Source: Lingula anatina
Lineage: Eukaryota > Animalia > Brachiopoda
Assembly (NCBI GenBank): GCA_051362555.1
Contig: CM120646.1
Span: 15,624,001-15,688,000 of the forward strand
Length of the DNA stretch: 64,000 nucleotides
Reading direction: 5' to 3'
Shown here: one piece after another, positions 26,204-46,248 of the stretch
Layout: the number at the start of each line of letters is the position of its first letter
How positions within the stretch are numbered: position 1 is the stretch's first letter
The notes under the pieces: generated by a model
Seen by the model: only the letters and a program-made list of their open reading frames with translations
Told to the model about the DNA's origin: nothing
Database searches by the model: none
Translations under genes and position numbers: made by a program

Positions 26204-26237
<34 letters not shown>

Positions 26238-28146
26238 GAACCTTGGATGGGTCGGTCCAAAGCATCAAAGGAGCTACAGACCAATACACGACCAGTGCCT
26301 GGGAGAAGAACTGCGGAGCTATGATGGTGTCATACACGCCATTCCCGACCTTCATCGTGGCGTTGATGATGAAGGTGTCAGGGCCATTCAATAACAGGTG
26401 GGGTTTCCATTGTGAAGTGAACGGGTCTCCGGACGGGTGCTCGAACCACAAGAGTTCTCCCTTTGCATTGCCTAGAAGATTCCATTTATCCAGGAGTTTA
26501 TTATAACATATGTAATTGCATTTTATTTTTAAATACTAGTTTTAACTTTTAATATATCTATTTGGTAATTCATTTTTAGTGTTTTAACACTAAAATTGCA
26601 ATATTATGAAAAAGTTATGTCAAGATTTAATAGAAATATGTTGCTATAGACTAAAGTTTAACAGGCTTACTTCTAACCAGCGAAATAACTCATGGGAATT
26701 AAATTAATCACAAATCAGCAGATGTCCGAGAAATATTTGCAATTGTTATATTTCCCTATTGACCATTTTTTCATCAAGGTACCACCAATGGCGGTCACAA
26801 AAATGTAAACAAGGAGCTCACAATCATAAATAATTATCGGTTTTACCAAAGAAAGGCTTCTCTGCTCTGGCCGCAACCGCGTCCAAACGTCCATCTCCAT
26901 TCATATCCTTCCAAATCACTCGGTGATAGAACCAGTTCTGTTTGTCGTTGTCATCATGGGAAATTCTGAATGGACCTATCAGCAGTGGGAACAGAAAATT
27001 GCGTTTGTTGGGAACGTCATATCCCTTTCTTATATGTAAAATTCCCTTCTGTACTATCGTGTTAATAAAGGTACATGTGTGTTAGGTTCGAGAAGGAAAA
27101 CACGATTTCTTTTCATAATTTCCTCATTTGTGCGCATTCCGAACCACAGTGCATATTAAATAAATAATGAAAAAAACTTATATAGTTAACAAATCGCACA
27201 GCATCGTCAACCATCAGGTAGCTCTTTTTAGACAATTCCAAAACTTTATATTCGGCTGGTAAGTAAATCTTATCATTTAGCAGTATATGTCCAAATTTAG
27301 CCAGTTAAATAATTTACGTAATTCTAACTCTACCTCTTGGTGGGTTTACGTTGATGTCATATATGCCGATGTCTCCCGCTGTCTTAGTTGGCAACAAGAA
27401 TCCATCTGGAACCGCTAGGGTCGGTTTTCCAAAAACTTCGGCTGAAATAAATAGGGGAAACTGTTGTATATATTCTCCGTTCTTCAGTTAGTGAAACCAA
27501 GAGAAATCCCAGAGAAGCCAAGTGTCTGAATGGCTTCATGCTCGACCATATTAAATAGTATGACAAGGAATATGAATCGGTTGTGTTTCAACAAATACCA
27601 GTGTAATTATATCAGAATATGAGGCTATATATCTTAGGACTACCAGGCGTGTTTTAACTCTTCACACTTACGTGTGACAAACTGGCTGACACCCAAACCC
27701 AAACACCTCAGTATTTCAAATGCTGAAGTGTCAAAAATTAAATTGAAAGAATTCAAAGTTGTATTCAATTTTTTAAAACATGTGTGTATAGAAGAAAAAT
27801 TCACGACTGTCTCAATTAAAATTCAAATTTTATTTTTTACTATGTTTTTACATTACGCAAAGAGCCCTAAATGGTAACGTATGTTCCAGGTCATTTAATT
27901 TTAATTTTTTACCGCGTTCCGATATATTTTGTAGTGAATGAGTCATGGTAAATTATACATGACGTAAGGATGTTTTTTATAAATATTTAAACCGTAACTC
28001 AGAAGTCTTTGCGTGATGGCTAATACTGGGTAACGCATGTCCCCTAGAAAAATTGTCAGAAAGTTTCATTTTGTTCAAGTACTTGGTGCAATAGAAAGCA
28101 GTGTTTTCTGTTGCTGGCCAAAAAATATATTGATTATATATATATA

Positions 28147-28199
<53 letters not shown>

Positions 28200-29872
28200 A
28201 TTATGTCAAGTCTGTAATTCCGGAGAGGTTGAAGATGAAGTACATTTTATTCTGAAATGCGAGGCCTATAAGGAACTACGGGCGGCTTTCTACGAAAATA
28301 TAAGTTTCCTATGTAATACTAATGCCCTCTCTCCCCCGGATATGTTTATACACATCATGAATACAAAAGAAATGGATGTGATTACGCCCCTCCTCATATT
28401 CGTACAGAAATGCATGGAGAAGAGAGTAAGTCTTTCTGCGCATGTCCAAACCAGATCATAGTACCAGTGTGAGACCCGTTATGCGCTGTCAGCAGAGACT
28501 GGGCGTGTAGATCAAACCTGGTAAATTGATTATGGAATGCGACATTCGTATACATGTGTACAGTCACTGATTTCAACAATTGCTAATCTATATGTATATA
28601 TATATATTTATTTATCTATTTATTTGTCTGTTCTATGTTCTAGCCACTAGTATCGTATTGTAATTGATTGTACCTTTATGTGAAGGTGTTTGTCAATAAA
28701 GAATCGTACGTATTGTGATTCCATGATAGTTTGACATTTCTGATATAATATTTGAATGACGAGGGAAATTAATATATTTAATGCTTTTACTGTCGGAAGG
28801 GTGTATTTCCCCCGTTTTTTGAATATTCAAGACAAGACAAATTAAAGTCGCTCAAAAACAATTAACTGCTTTATACAGAAGATTATTATAATTTTTCACA
28901 ACGTTATACTTGTAGGAGATAAATCAAAGAACAAAACCAGTGATGACTGAATTTTCAAAGTGAGTAAAACATTTCACAGCCGGACGTTTTGCATTTGTGA
29001 CAGTAACGTATGTTCCTTTTTGGTGATAGAAGATGAATTATTTTTTATTATTCATGGTTCCAGGAGATTGAAACTTTGATACAAATTTCTTCATGTGGGA
29101 CCCTAAAATAATGAAACATAGTTTGCAATCTGTGCACTTAATATTTGTAAGATCATGCCTGTGACCTCCATTGCACCTCTATATTGGGTTTGGGTGTGAA
29201 TGGTTTGTTGTGTAAAAGATAAAGGTACACGTAAATCTCTATGGCCATGACACAAGATATGTATTGATTGACTTGTTTGCCATCTAGGACATGTGACTGT
29301 GTCCATACAGGCTATCTGTCCAAAAATACAAATATCTCCAGCAAATTGAGTAGTGCTAATACACTGTTTACCACGGGTAGTTTATACGCGAAATTTGCAT
29401 GTTATCGTAAATACAACACATTTTGGCAGTAAATCAGTACTTAATGCACTTAGCGCACTTTTGGAAAACTAGCTATATTGCAATGGCGTAAACTAACCTG
29501 TCTCTCTTTGATTCTATGCATCCTGAAATTTTGCTTATAAACACACTCACCTGGAACGCCACTAATTTCGTTAGGCCAGACCGTGTCATGTGTCACCACG
29601 TCAGGTTTCACGTTTGTAGAGTTCTTCAGAAGATAACGCTCTATCCCCCTAACCACGTACACGTAGTCTTTGGAGAAGGGAATCGCACTAAAAGCTGATG
29701 CGTAAAAATTCCACCTCTGTCCTTGCGGGGCAGTTTTGTTTTCAACGAGTGTCGTGAAGGCTGCGTTTGCAATTGGGAAAGACAGAACCTTTCGAGGAAG
29801 CCGTGTCCCCTGCAGTCCTATGATTTGTGTTGTTAGAATAAGTGCTAGACAAAAAATCTTTACTAAAGCCAT
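24822..29872 (-). CDS. Secreted FG-GAP/VCBS-repeat beta-propeller protein (uncharacterised), ~431 aa, 7 exons
   Basis: Minus-strand exons 29872-29551, 27441-27334, 26975-26847, 26471-26242, 25929-25772, 25615-25508, 25062-24822; GT-AG, phases consistent, 1296 nt. N-terminal signal peptide MALVKIFCLALILTTQIIG. Ca-binding DxxGDGxxD-type motifs DMNGDGRLD, DLNADQKPD and DVDGDGFVE. Also WPNE, WFYHRVIW, GELLWFEHP and GSPG; ends EVIVFSFGP*. Confidence 0.85.
28135..28197. repeat. (TA)n microsatellite
   Basis: Directly visible, one interruption. Confidence 0.95.
28198..28712 (+). mobile_element. 3' fragment of a non-LTR retrotransposon (RTE-X/L2-like C-terminal zinc knuckle plus 3'UTR)
   Basis: Encodes RLCQVCNSGEVEDEVHFILKCEAYKELR (C-x2-C...EDExHF-x3-C knuckle typical of LINE ORF2 ends). 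It starts directly after a (TA)n tract and is followed by an AT-rich UTR with AATAAA at ~28696. Antisense within intron 1 of the FG-GAP gene. Confidence 0.75.
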
Positions 29873-31416
29873 ATCGTTACTTACGTCGACTGGAACACCC
29901 AAAACTTGTGCGAACGCGACTCGTGCCGTTAATGATGCGCGCGCGTGTGTATCACCCGCTATCAGCATTGGAGATAACGGGTATTGTGTGGCTTTATCTC
30001 ACAACAGAGATGTTTGCCCCAGGCTCTAAGTTCAGGACAACGTTACAATGGGCATTACTACGTAATATGTGGAATATGAGCGAATATAACAGTAACAGTT
30101 ACGCGAATGTTCAGATCAGCCAATTAGTCGCCAAGTTTTCGAAGAAGTGTACATGCATATCGGACTGTTTTGTTCTTTGTGTCCGGAAATTTTAAGCTCA
30201 GCTGGAAATAACTTTATAATTTTAAATGGGGGTTGGGGTTACCACTAAGAAATATATAGCGCCGGGTTAAGGGTAACAGCTAAATAATGAACTTGGGAGT
30301 TGGAACTATCTCAGTGATTTGTTAAAATAGATATTGGACAGAGCCCTTAACCTCCCTACTTCCTGTGCCTAGGACCGACATAGTTGGAAAAGGGGAAGGG
30401 AGGAAAAGACCAACCTCAGCGAGCTGAAAGACCTATGTAAACCGTATCACTTTATTTATTTATTTAAATGAACTACATTTTCATTTATTTCTTAATTTAT
30501 TCAATCCATGGATTGATCAAGCCATTGACCTATTTTTGACTATTTATTATTTTTCTAACAATTTATCTAATTATTTTTTTCGTTTCATTCCCATGAGATC
30601 TGATTGAGTCAATTTGGCTACAGATAGGGCAGATTATGGGCCACGATTGTGCGTCGTATGTGGTCAATTGGCACCCATCTTCCACAAGCAAACAATTATT
30701 GTCATACACGTGTTTCACCATGTGACATGGAGCTGTATATTTGCCATTAGAATGCGACATAACTTGGCGTATCTAATGTGACCTACTTTTTAAAGTGCGA
30801 TTGTTACGCAAGAAAGAGAGGGGGGAGGGGGGAGAGACAGATAAATTGGGATATAAACACTACCTTAGTGTATTAGGGTTTGCATGCAAACGCATTAAAT
30901 ACAAATGAAAAATCAATACGAGTTCTGTTACCCGTCCCCCTTCCCATAAAATAACCAGGAGATAATATATTTAGAGTATGTAGGCCTCATTCTTCCATTC
31001 TCATTCTAGTCTATCTGTTAATTTATCTGTAAATCTCCCGATTACCCCGCTGTAGTTATAGCCCCCTTTCTTCATGATAGTTAATAAACCAATACAGATC
31101 TACATCAAACAAGCACGTGGGTAAAGGTCAAAATTGGGCCAGTTTGGATAGCGGAAGCCCCTACAGACAGATTTAGCTGAGCAGTTAAAATATCGGCCGT
31201 ATCTGGACTCGACTGCTGGATTGTACAACGAAAGGTTTCTGACATTATCCATTCTCTTGCTTGGAAAAAAACAACGTTTACCATAAAAGTTTAACAGAAT
31301 GTACAGATGCACAGAGGTACAATTTGATGCAAGTTCATCACTTCGTTATTAATAGGCCTAAGTGGATTTTGACAGGCAGTATTTAGGCATTTGTTACCGC
31401 AGTAACAAACAGAGGG

Positions 31417-36694
<5,278 letters not shown>

Positions 36695-37159
36695 CGTCAT
36701 AGGTATCCATGACGTCACATTGATTTCAATTCACTACCTCCATGCGTTTATATAAATATGGATTGTGTAGATATTGATCAGTCTTCCGATGATCGACGTA
36801 TGCGTAAGATAGAAATGATAACATCACCTGATCTTTTAATGACTCCATTAAAAATTTGATAAGGATGTAATCATGACGCTCATGATTTGACGTAATACTC
36901 AGGAAATATTCGCTGATGACGTGCCAAATGTACCAGTGATCGCTGTGTGTGATAAGATAATGCTTCACCTATCAAAATTTTCATTGTTGTTTTGTTAACG
37001 TACCAGGCGTATCCACTGGCATATTCAGATTTTACTAATGGGGAGGCGGACACAATAACTGAAAAAATCAAGCTTCGTTCTGCAAATATGTCACTGTAGA
37101 CGAGAATTGTATCACATGATGTTGGGCAAAGGGATTGAATGGCTTTTCTGTATCGTTGG

Positions 37160-37190
<31 letters not shown>

Positions 37191-40100
37191 TTTTGGGAGT
37201 GATGAAGGGGAACCTTCAAAGCTGCTGTAGGTGATACCCTCTCTCCCTTCTCCGATCCTCCTTTTGTGTCGTAACTGCAGTACTTATTCTTGCTGCCCAA
37301 TGCTGTAGCTGGATTACAGTGCCAAGGGCGGACGACAGTACCGAAGGCAGTGCCAAGGGTAATTACATAAACACGCGCAAAGCACGCGGCGTCTCTGGTC
37401 GTTTAATCAAAGTGTGATTTATGGTGAATATGTAACCACCGTATTTTGAGTAAACTTATCGAACAAAGATTGCTACTACTGTTAGAATAAAAAGTGCATG
37501 TAAAATCAAGACTTATATATCAGTTTCGTAAATGTAAACATGTATGACCAAGTCCGTGCGGTAATTTCCCACTGCGTGTTGACATGTTTGGTCTTCTGAA
37601 AGAGGACACCCTTGTTTAATGCGAAGGGAAACATTTTTTACTCCAAAAATAGCAGCAAACTTGATGACCGGTGTGGATTATATATATCACTATATTGCCG
37701 GACTGGTATACAAACAGACAGGAGGCCAGTGAAGTGTAGAAAAGCATCAGATATGGAAGCTGGGGTGAGGTGCTATATACAAATACAGCCATATAGGTTG
37801 ATTGTGTTGAAATCTCCTCTAACACATTCTACGGAGTTCGAGCCCGTCACCACATAGATTACAGTGTATTTTTCCCACTGGCCTCTTGAAACCTAATTGT
37901 TATGTCTTTGTTATGTTACGAATAAAAACGCATTCCTTAATTGGACCATTTGTATTATTTCTTTCCTGTATCTCTTCCTTTTCTTGATTTATTTATGAAG
38001 TAATTCCTGCATATGAACAAATGGAGGTATGTCCCCGTGGAAATTTCTTTTTAAATTTCACCCAGGGCAGAGGATGCAGCTCTTTAAGTGTTAATAAACT
38101 GTGAAAAAAATATGACAATCTTCAATCTTCTGTTGTATGTCATACGCCGTTAGATAACTCATAATGGCACAGCAATTTAAAAGTCACTTGAGTTAACTGG
38201 AGTCTTTAAGTCGACTAATCACAGATTTTTGTTTCCCGTTTTTCCGTTTCTCTCTCGTCGTGCATATATGAAATTAAGCCTTAAGCTACTTATTATCGAG
38301 GACGTGACCCTTATCACACCTAGAAAGTCGAGATAATTAGGTTTCATTTTCTAGTTAAGAAGATATAACTGTCTCGCCAGTCGTTTACGCTGTTGTTGTT
38401 GCTGTTGTTGTTGTTTTTCAAGAAAATAACCATAACTTAAAAAATACGGGTTTTGATAAAATTTAACAAACAACGTAATGTTTAAATAAAGGGTAGCACA
38501 TGACGTCATAAGCAGACACTCGACTCGACAGACCAGCAAAAAGAAGCCAAGTGTCCAGAAAAAAAAGGCAACCTTATGGGGAATGGCAAGTTACTCATTA
38601 AATCATTAAATGACACAGCCAGCGAAAAGTCATTCAATTATCACAGAAATGATCTTACTTACATATGTGGTCAAGAGAATATTGATGACATTTAAATGGG
38701 TGAAGTCACTCATTTTAAATACTCATTTCTTTCACTTCGCCTCTTCAGTGCATGAGCGGCACATATACTAAGTTCGGTAACAAGAAACTGAAATTACGCG
38801 TAACAGAGAGGTCGCCCTACATTAAATTCATACAGGTTTCGGGTAGCATGACGTAGGTGGGCCACCTGTACATGTCTACCGGGCCCTGTATCACAGCTAC
38901 AGAATTCTCGCGTACATGACGCTTTCCAATCTACCCACACTGACAATACATAAACCGCTTGTTCTAATTACAGCGTGTGTTCAAAACATTTCCACGTTTA
39001 AACAAAGATAATGATATCATTAAATAATGTGCCAGCGGCTTAATCAACAACAACTTAATCAAAAGCAAGATAAACGAGAAAAACATCAAGGGAAAGGGAT
39101 TATACCCGCAGTAGATATCCAATCTGCCGTATTTACAAGTCGATCAACTTGATAATCTTAATATATCGGGTAGCTAAAAAACATCACCAGCTTGAAAGTT
39201 CAATAACTTCAACATTTTTAAAGATATTGCAATCAAATAAGATATTCTGGGAAAATGATGTGTTTAATAAATGCTAAAAATTTCATGACTCTAACTTTCT
39301 TAGTTTTGGTACACTGAAAAAAATGTTAACTCATTCTCGAAATGTAGGTCCATTTGAAAAAAAAAAACAAAAGACAGAAAAGTGAAAAATTAAGTAAAAG
39401 ATATATTCGCAAATTCTACTTTTTCTAAGTCTCTGGCGGCAGAAATTAATAAATATTTTTTTTCTTTTTATTATCTTCATGCCATGCAAGTATGGGAAAA
39501 TTTATTTAGTAACGAAGGTTTTAACGAAAGTTTCAAAAATAACAACTCTTTTAGATAATATTTGCAACTTTCAAAAATAGACTGCGCTAAAGCGGTTTTA
39601 CGAGATGTAGGTTTATTTCACTGGCACATTTTGTCCTCGGCCTCAACTATATTTTTCACAATGTCTGGTAACGAAGGTTTTGCAAATTACTTTCTTTGAG
39701 AAAGCAGTTTTGCCGTGTTTCCTGTAAAACATTTAATTGTGTCCTGTCCCCATATCGTCTACCTAATCATGGATGTAACTGAATTTAAAGTTTTAGTAAT
39801 AGCTATAATATTACAAAAACATCAAACAACTTAAATTGATGGACTGAACCAAAAGATTCAATGGAAAAATGTTCAATTTTAAAAGTAAAAAAAAAGAGAC
39901 GGAAGCTATTTATTGAGTTATTTAAAATAAAACATTTTAGACGTTTTCTGAGACCTTTGACATCATACTCGCTTCCTGACAAGTTGCAGATTTTCTACTT
40001 TAGTAAAAGTAAAATGCTACATCGATTGGCGAGCGTGAGATAGTACTGCGGCCGACAGTCACGAAGGTTTGAAATTTAGTCTCTATGTTTTTTGAGAACA

Positions 40101-41599
40101 GATAATTCAGTCATTATTATTTTAATTTTTAAGTTGCTAGAATGATGCTAGTAAAGTTCCAAATGGACAAACACTCAATTACATTCAATAAAATTAAAAA
40201 AGTTAAATGGACCTTTATATTGAGAATGAGTGGTAAGTCAAAAAACGCTACTACGGGCTATGAGACTTCTGACTAGTGCCAGTGCCTGGTAGTTTTCAGA
40301 TACTGTAGTACTCGGAACAAAAAAATCTTTCGCCTTATTTTCCCTAAAATGTCTGAGATCAAAAAACGATTAATTCTTTCTTTTGATTCGCCTTTCAATT
40401 CGCATTTGAAGCACACATCCACGCACGCTCGCACTGACACACAGGCACATACACAAGGGCAAGCACATTTGCACGCGCACACGCACACTGATAGTCTTAC
40501 ACAACAAAACAGACATGTGTGTTGTGCTGTCTTGTCAGCTTGTCAAAGGGTAGGGCACTGTTATCATTATACATGTAGCTTTTCAGAATTTCAGCTATTG
40601 ATAAATTGCCCGAGTTAACACCTTGCTTGCTAATGAAGCTGGAAAGCTGATTACTGGAGATTTTCATGGTGATCGATACAGTAGGGAGAAAACACGTCAC
40701 TCAGGCTTACTAGAGTTAGCCCTCCCCCCCCCTTCCAATTCCCATCGGTTATTTATTTTTATATCATTTTCATGATATCCTTTCACAAAAGAAAATGTTT
40801 GTCTCTGTCACCTACTTCAAAAAAAAAAAAAAGAAGAAAGAAATGTAAAATTTGCCCGGTGCGCAAGCGTGCCTGGTTGCGTGTGGAACATGCACTATAA
40901 GTAAAGGCCATCTTTTTTTATTAATAACTTATGTTTTTTTTTCCCTTGAACTACTTCTGTGGAAGACTGCACTTGCAAATCGGCGCGTGTGCTGGGGAAA
41001 GTGCTTGACAAATGAGGTAAGGATGAATGAATTAAGACAATATTTCGTAAAGTGATGAATTTATGTGGCCAACCTTTTGCGTTTTTTTATGTCAATATAA
41101 AAACATATAAAAAAGTGAGTCAGACGAATGTTAAAAAGCACGTAAACCATATCGCTGACAATAGGATTGGAACAAAATTGAAGACCCTTTCCCAAGCTTT
41201 TCTATGGGTAATTATTCTAAGACAAGCTCCATTTATAGAAAGATAACTGTCACGTCGTATTCTTTATCCTGTAGAATTAAGCAAGGTAATTATTTTTAAA
41301 AAGACAGATAAAGAGCTACGAGATTGTTACATTAAGTTAAAATTGCTATTTGCACTTCTGCTGTCCAAGAGAGGGTCACCGTGCGAACAAAGAAAACGGC
41401 ATAAAAAGACAAAATGAGCCTGCATTCTTGCCTTTATAATCGGTTTCATATGATAACTCGGAATGATTAAATAGCAGTCGATTGGACAAGATAAACGCAC
41501 CAAGAAACCGTTATCTAGCAAGCCTATCATCATCAAGTGCTGTGATGATTGAGACCTTTGCTGTTAAACCGTCTTGTAAGTAGTCCTGCGGAAGGATAT

Positions 41600-41800
41600 G
41601 CACTGTTTTGTCGTCTGCCAAGCGGAATTAATCAAAGCGCCCCCTGAATGCAACAAATAGGCAGTATCCGCGGATTCTGTTGGGCTCCAATTGTAATGGT
41701 TAATTGGTGTCGAGCACGCATTTTGACATACGCTTCTGCGACAAGGGCTCACGGTTTTCTATAAAATAGATCGACGCAGCTTTCGTTTACTGATAAGTTG
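41600..41800 (+). promoter_or_regulatory. Probable Bsx core promoter with TATA box
   Basis: TATAAAA at 41760-41766, ~350 bp upstream of the ATG, preceded by homeodomain-type cores (GGAATTAATCAAAG, GTTAATTGG, CAATTG). Inferred from position and motifs only. Confidence 0.5.
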
Positions 41801-42115
41801 ACGCTGATAGATTTATGAACTGCCTTCGCTTCAGCGGTGAGAACGCGCTCCCTAGGGACACCGAGGGATAGAGTATGCTTTGATCGTCTGCTGAAAAAAA
41901 AAACATTAAATACTCTCGAATGTATAACGCTTCTATTTTCGGTGGATTTTTCTCGCCAGGAATTTAAGTTCGTTAAAATTGAAGAGCAACATCCTTCACG
42001 GAAACACATTAACTAAACCAAGGACTGCGAAATTCCAAACCGTTTTTAGTTCTGCTTGCAATATTTACACACTCTTACCACCGGACGAATTTCTTAATCT
42101 CGCCGAAGCTAGGCA

Positions 42116-44847
42116 ATGACAAAGCACCCACCGTCCTCTTTCAACATAGATGATATTTTAATGCGGTCGCGAGGAGCAGCCCCTCCAAGACCAACGCTAA
42201 CACCCAGAGACAGAACCGCCGTGGTAGAATCGATGCTGTCGGCGTCGTGTATCCAGTCTTGTATTCGCCGGGACCTGACGGCCGCCTCCCCGATGTTCCC
42301 CTACCTATCCGCCCCTGCCTACATGCCGCCGGCGCTGCTACCGACCGTCTACCACAGCCCGGGTTCGGAGTACTCGTATCTTCTCCACGCTCCCGGTAAG
42401 TCTGATTATAACCACTAGGCTAGACTTATAAATATGTCATCGTTTTAAGTTTCACTGTCTCGATGACCGACCACACCCCTCTGCCTTTATCTCAGCCACA
42501 TGCGGCAGTGTTTTAGGGTCTTTTGAGTTTGCCAACAGCACGATATACTCAAGATGCGTAGCTTTGTTGTTGGCCGCGTTATTAACGGTACACTAACACT
42601 GCCAGACAACAACAGTAATCGATACTAAAAATCAGTACAATATGCGTTAATGGGTAAAACTGGCAATCCTTCGTGGATAAATCACACTAACACATGACTG
42701 TACTGCATGTCATTCATGTTGTCCCAAAACATTGACATTGATACTCAATTAACATTTGGCGCATTGTCTTAAATACAGTGTGAACTAGAATATGCCACAT
42801 GTATTCCAACCTTGCATTAAAAATATACTTATCAATATAAATTGCCAATAACTCCCAGAGGGGAACCCTTAAGTAGCAGATAAAGCTTAAGGGCACTGAG
42901 GTTGATTGTAGGGAACACAAAGCTCAAATTAAAACTGCCTCCTGTGTTTATGAGGAAAGTTCTGGCAGTTTTATACTGCTTACGACTGACGAGCAGTTCA
43001 GATTAATTTTACGAAAACGCCGTATTTAATAAGAACAAAACATAGCGCGTTGCCATAAAATGTACAGCTGACTGCTCCATTCTGCAGTCCTCAAATTTAA
43101 GACAAAACAATTCAATAATCATGATATCTGATGAAAGGATAAAATATCATACCAATTATCATATTAGTAGATAGAAAATAACATAAACGGCTAAAAGACA
43201 GGAGATATTTGTTTATTTTGGATGATAACTTCGGTCAAGGCAAGAAAGTGATCTATTTGAACGACAACAACACGGAGTAGTCAGCTCATGAATAATGAAA
43301 TATGACACGTGTGCATGAACTGCATGGGACCTGTTTTCCCCAGAGATAGACACAACTAAAATAAATACAAAATCAGATTATATTTTAAAAATAAATGATA
43401 AAATGGAAAATAGTACTACGTTTCATAAAAAAAGCAGCCTTACCTGGGAGTATGAATAAATTACAGCATTGAAATGCAAAACATTCCTGCGCACGATTTT
43501 CGGTAAGATAATATATCGTAGAAGGTCGGGCGCCATCTTGAATTCCAGCACGAAAGGGTTGAATTTGAAAAATTCGCTTCGCAGACGCTGTGAAGGTAGG
43601 AAAAACAACCTCGATAGGTGCATAACCATAGGTACGTGCACATAAATTACATGAGAACCATCTAAGAAGGAATTTGCCAGCCAAAAGGGGGCAAAATATT
43701 TTGCATGAAATGTTATTTTTCTCAAGCCAGTCGCTCAAGGGTATTAAAATATGACCAACTAGGAAGATCACACAGTAGTTAAATCAGTTAACAAAAAGGT
43801 TGCCAAATTTATGTTAAAAATGCTGTAATTAAACCCCCATGAATCAAGAAAGACAAACAGGTAAGGGTCAGGCACCCGAAAATTTGTTGAAAAGACGAGA
43901 AATTCGTAAACATTAATTACAATAAAATGGGCGGAGGGGAAATGTTCACCAACGTGATTATCATTTCGTTGAATGGCCGACATCGGATCTTTTTGACGAC
44001 AGCAATAACATGGTCAACACACAAGTGTCTAAATTCCACCTGGCTATATTACTGCTGTTATTTTCTAATTTCCTTCAACGTAAGGTCACGCGGCCCATAA
44101 ACAAAATCAACGAAATGACCAAGAATATACCCATTCTCGAGTTCTCTGTTACACTCAAATATCAGCCTTGCTGCATTTTCTTTGTTTCTATTCACAAGTA
44201 ATTATAGCCCAAGCGCGAGAAATGTTAACTGAGGAACAAAGAGGCCAAATTGTTCGAAGGACGTTATCCCCTTAGTGTAACAATGGCGGACACTTTCCGC
44301 CATCTTTAATCTGCAGACGGGTTGATTGCATTCGAACTGTCTGCGAATCAGAAGGAGAGGCCGTGTATATCAGTCAAGGAGTATTCTCCGGTTGTAGCGT
44401 CCTGGTTAAATTATAAATAGGTTGTTCATTTTCCACTCGTTAGCAGTATGTACCTCATAACTATATGCTGCCCTGGACAACTTGAAATGTCACTGCATAC
44501 AATAGTGAAATTACTCCCTGAAGATTATTGCCTTTGCCTTGCCTTTGAATTTTATGATTAGACAATTCAACAAAAGCTTTATTTCGAGGAAATATATAAT
44601 AAGATTACTCAGATTAAATAAATGTTTAAAAGTTCTTTATTTAGCACAATTTTGTTCCTAATGTCAGTTAAATACATGCATTATGTGAACGTTAAAATAT
44701 GGTTTAAATTAATGCTTAAGCAACATTAACAATCTTTACAAAACTTATTTTACAGTACAGTAAAGTGTATGTTATTATCACATAACTTATTTTGAGGCGT
44801 CATAAGATTAAATCACAAACACAGTGCAGTTACATATTTTAATTGAA

Positions 44848-44930
<83 letters not shown>

Positions 44931-46193
44931 TAAAAGCTTAAAGGCAAAAACCAATAAATATATATATGTGTAAATACAGTAGATTATCATAATTTGCAGA
45001 ATTTTATGTGTGAGCATGTCTAAGCACACTGAAATGGACATTAACTGCTGTATTTAGGACAATATCCACGCCCACTAATAATGATAATAAACAAACTGCA
45101 TTCATGTAATCATCAGCGTAGTATATTTTCGCACTTGTGATAAGGATATAATGAATCTTTATTTACGCATCAAAGATAGTATGAGAATTGAAGGTAAACG
45201 AGCATTTATAAGTGCTATCTTAACCAAGCGTAATCAGCAACAAAAAGAAATTATTTATAAATCACTCAAACGAGAGACACAAGAGAACTCTCAGGAGCAG
45301 ACAACTGATTACAATCAAGCCGTCTGCTGAAGGTGTGTTAGCGTCTGACTGAGTGCATTCTTAAATACTGGACATTATGACAAGCTGTGAGACAATCAGG
45401 TAGACGGAGATTTTGGGAGAAATGATCGGAGCAGAACATCTTTAATGGCTAGATCTAGATTTAATTAGAGCAGAGGTAAGTTTTCTCGTAAATCGACTTG
45501 CTCCTTAGGATGCATTGTTGGTTTATTTTTCATAGGTATGAAAAATCATCCAGTGAGTCGGAGGACTCGAGTTTAGTTCTGTCTCAGCCACTGATTAGTC
45601 TAGTCAAGAGGATCAGGTAGCTTTTTACATAGAAGCTATTTTATTATTATTATTATTATTAATCATTGCATCGAAATCTGGTGTGTTTGTTGACAAAGGT
45701 GATACACCGTCCCTTGAGTAAATCCAATCAAATAAAAATTGAAGTGGGCGAGAGACAAGCGTTTTGTTAAATCATCAGGGTGACTATGGATGTCTTTGAA
45801 AGGACCGTTTTATGTAAACTTTTATTCAAATGTAAGATGAAAGTGATATTTTCGTTATGAGTTTAAGTTACATAAGATAAATGAGAAATATTAAATCTGC
45901 ACCTTGTGACCGCAAGAAGTGTGTGTGTTAAATATGAATCTTTCAGCCACCGCCACATTGTAATTTTTATTCACTCAGTGGAGTGGTCACATATAGTTAT
46001 ATTATGTGATATCAAAGCAAAATTCTCAATTAAAGTAGAGGACATGCAATTAGTAACCCTACCCTGCGTTTTAAAGGGGAAATTCAATTTGTGGCTATTT
46101 TATTCAGTAGACCGCTGTTTGCAGCCTCTCTGCGCATTGTTTGAGTATAAGATTCACGACACTGTACTCCTTGATATTCATATCTAACTATTG

Positions 46194-46248
<55 letters not shown>

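Noticed and set aside
29873-29968. Upstream extension of ORF 29450-29968
   Set aside because: It starts at a non-optimal position ahead of a clear signal peptide; the ATG at 29872 is preferred.
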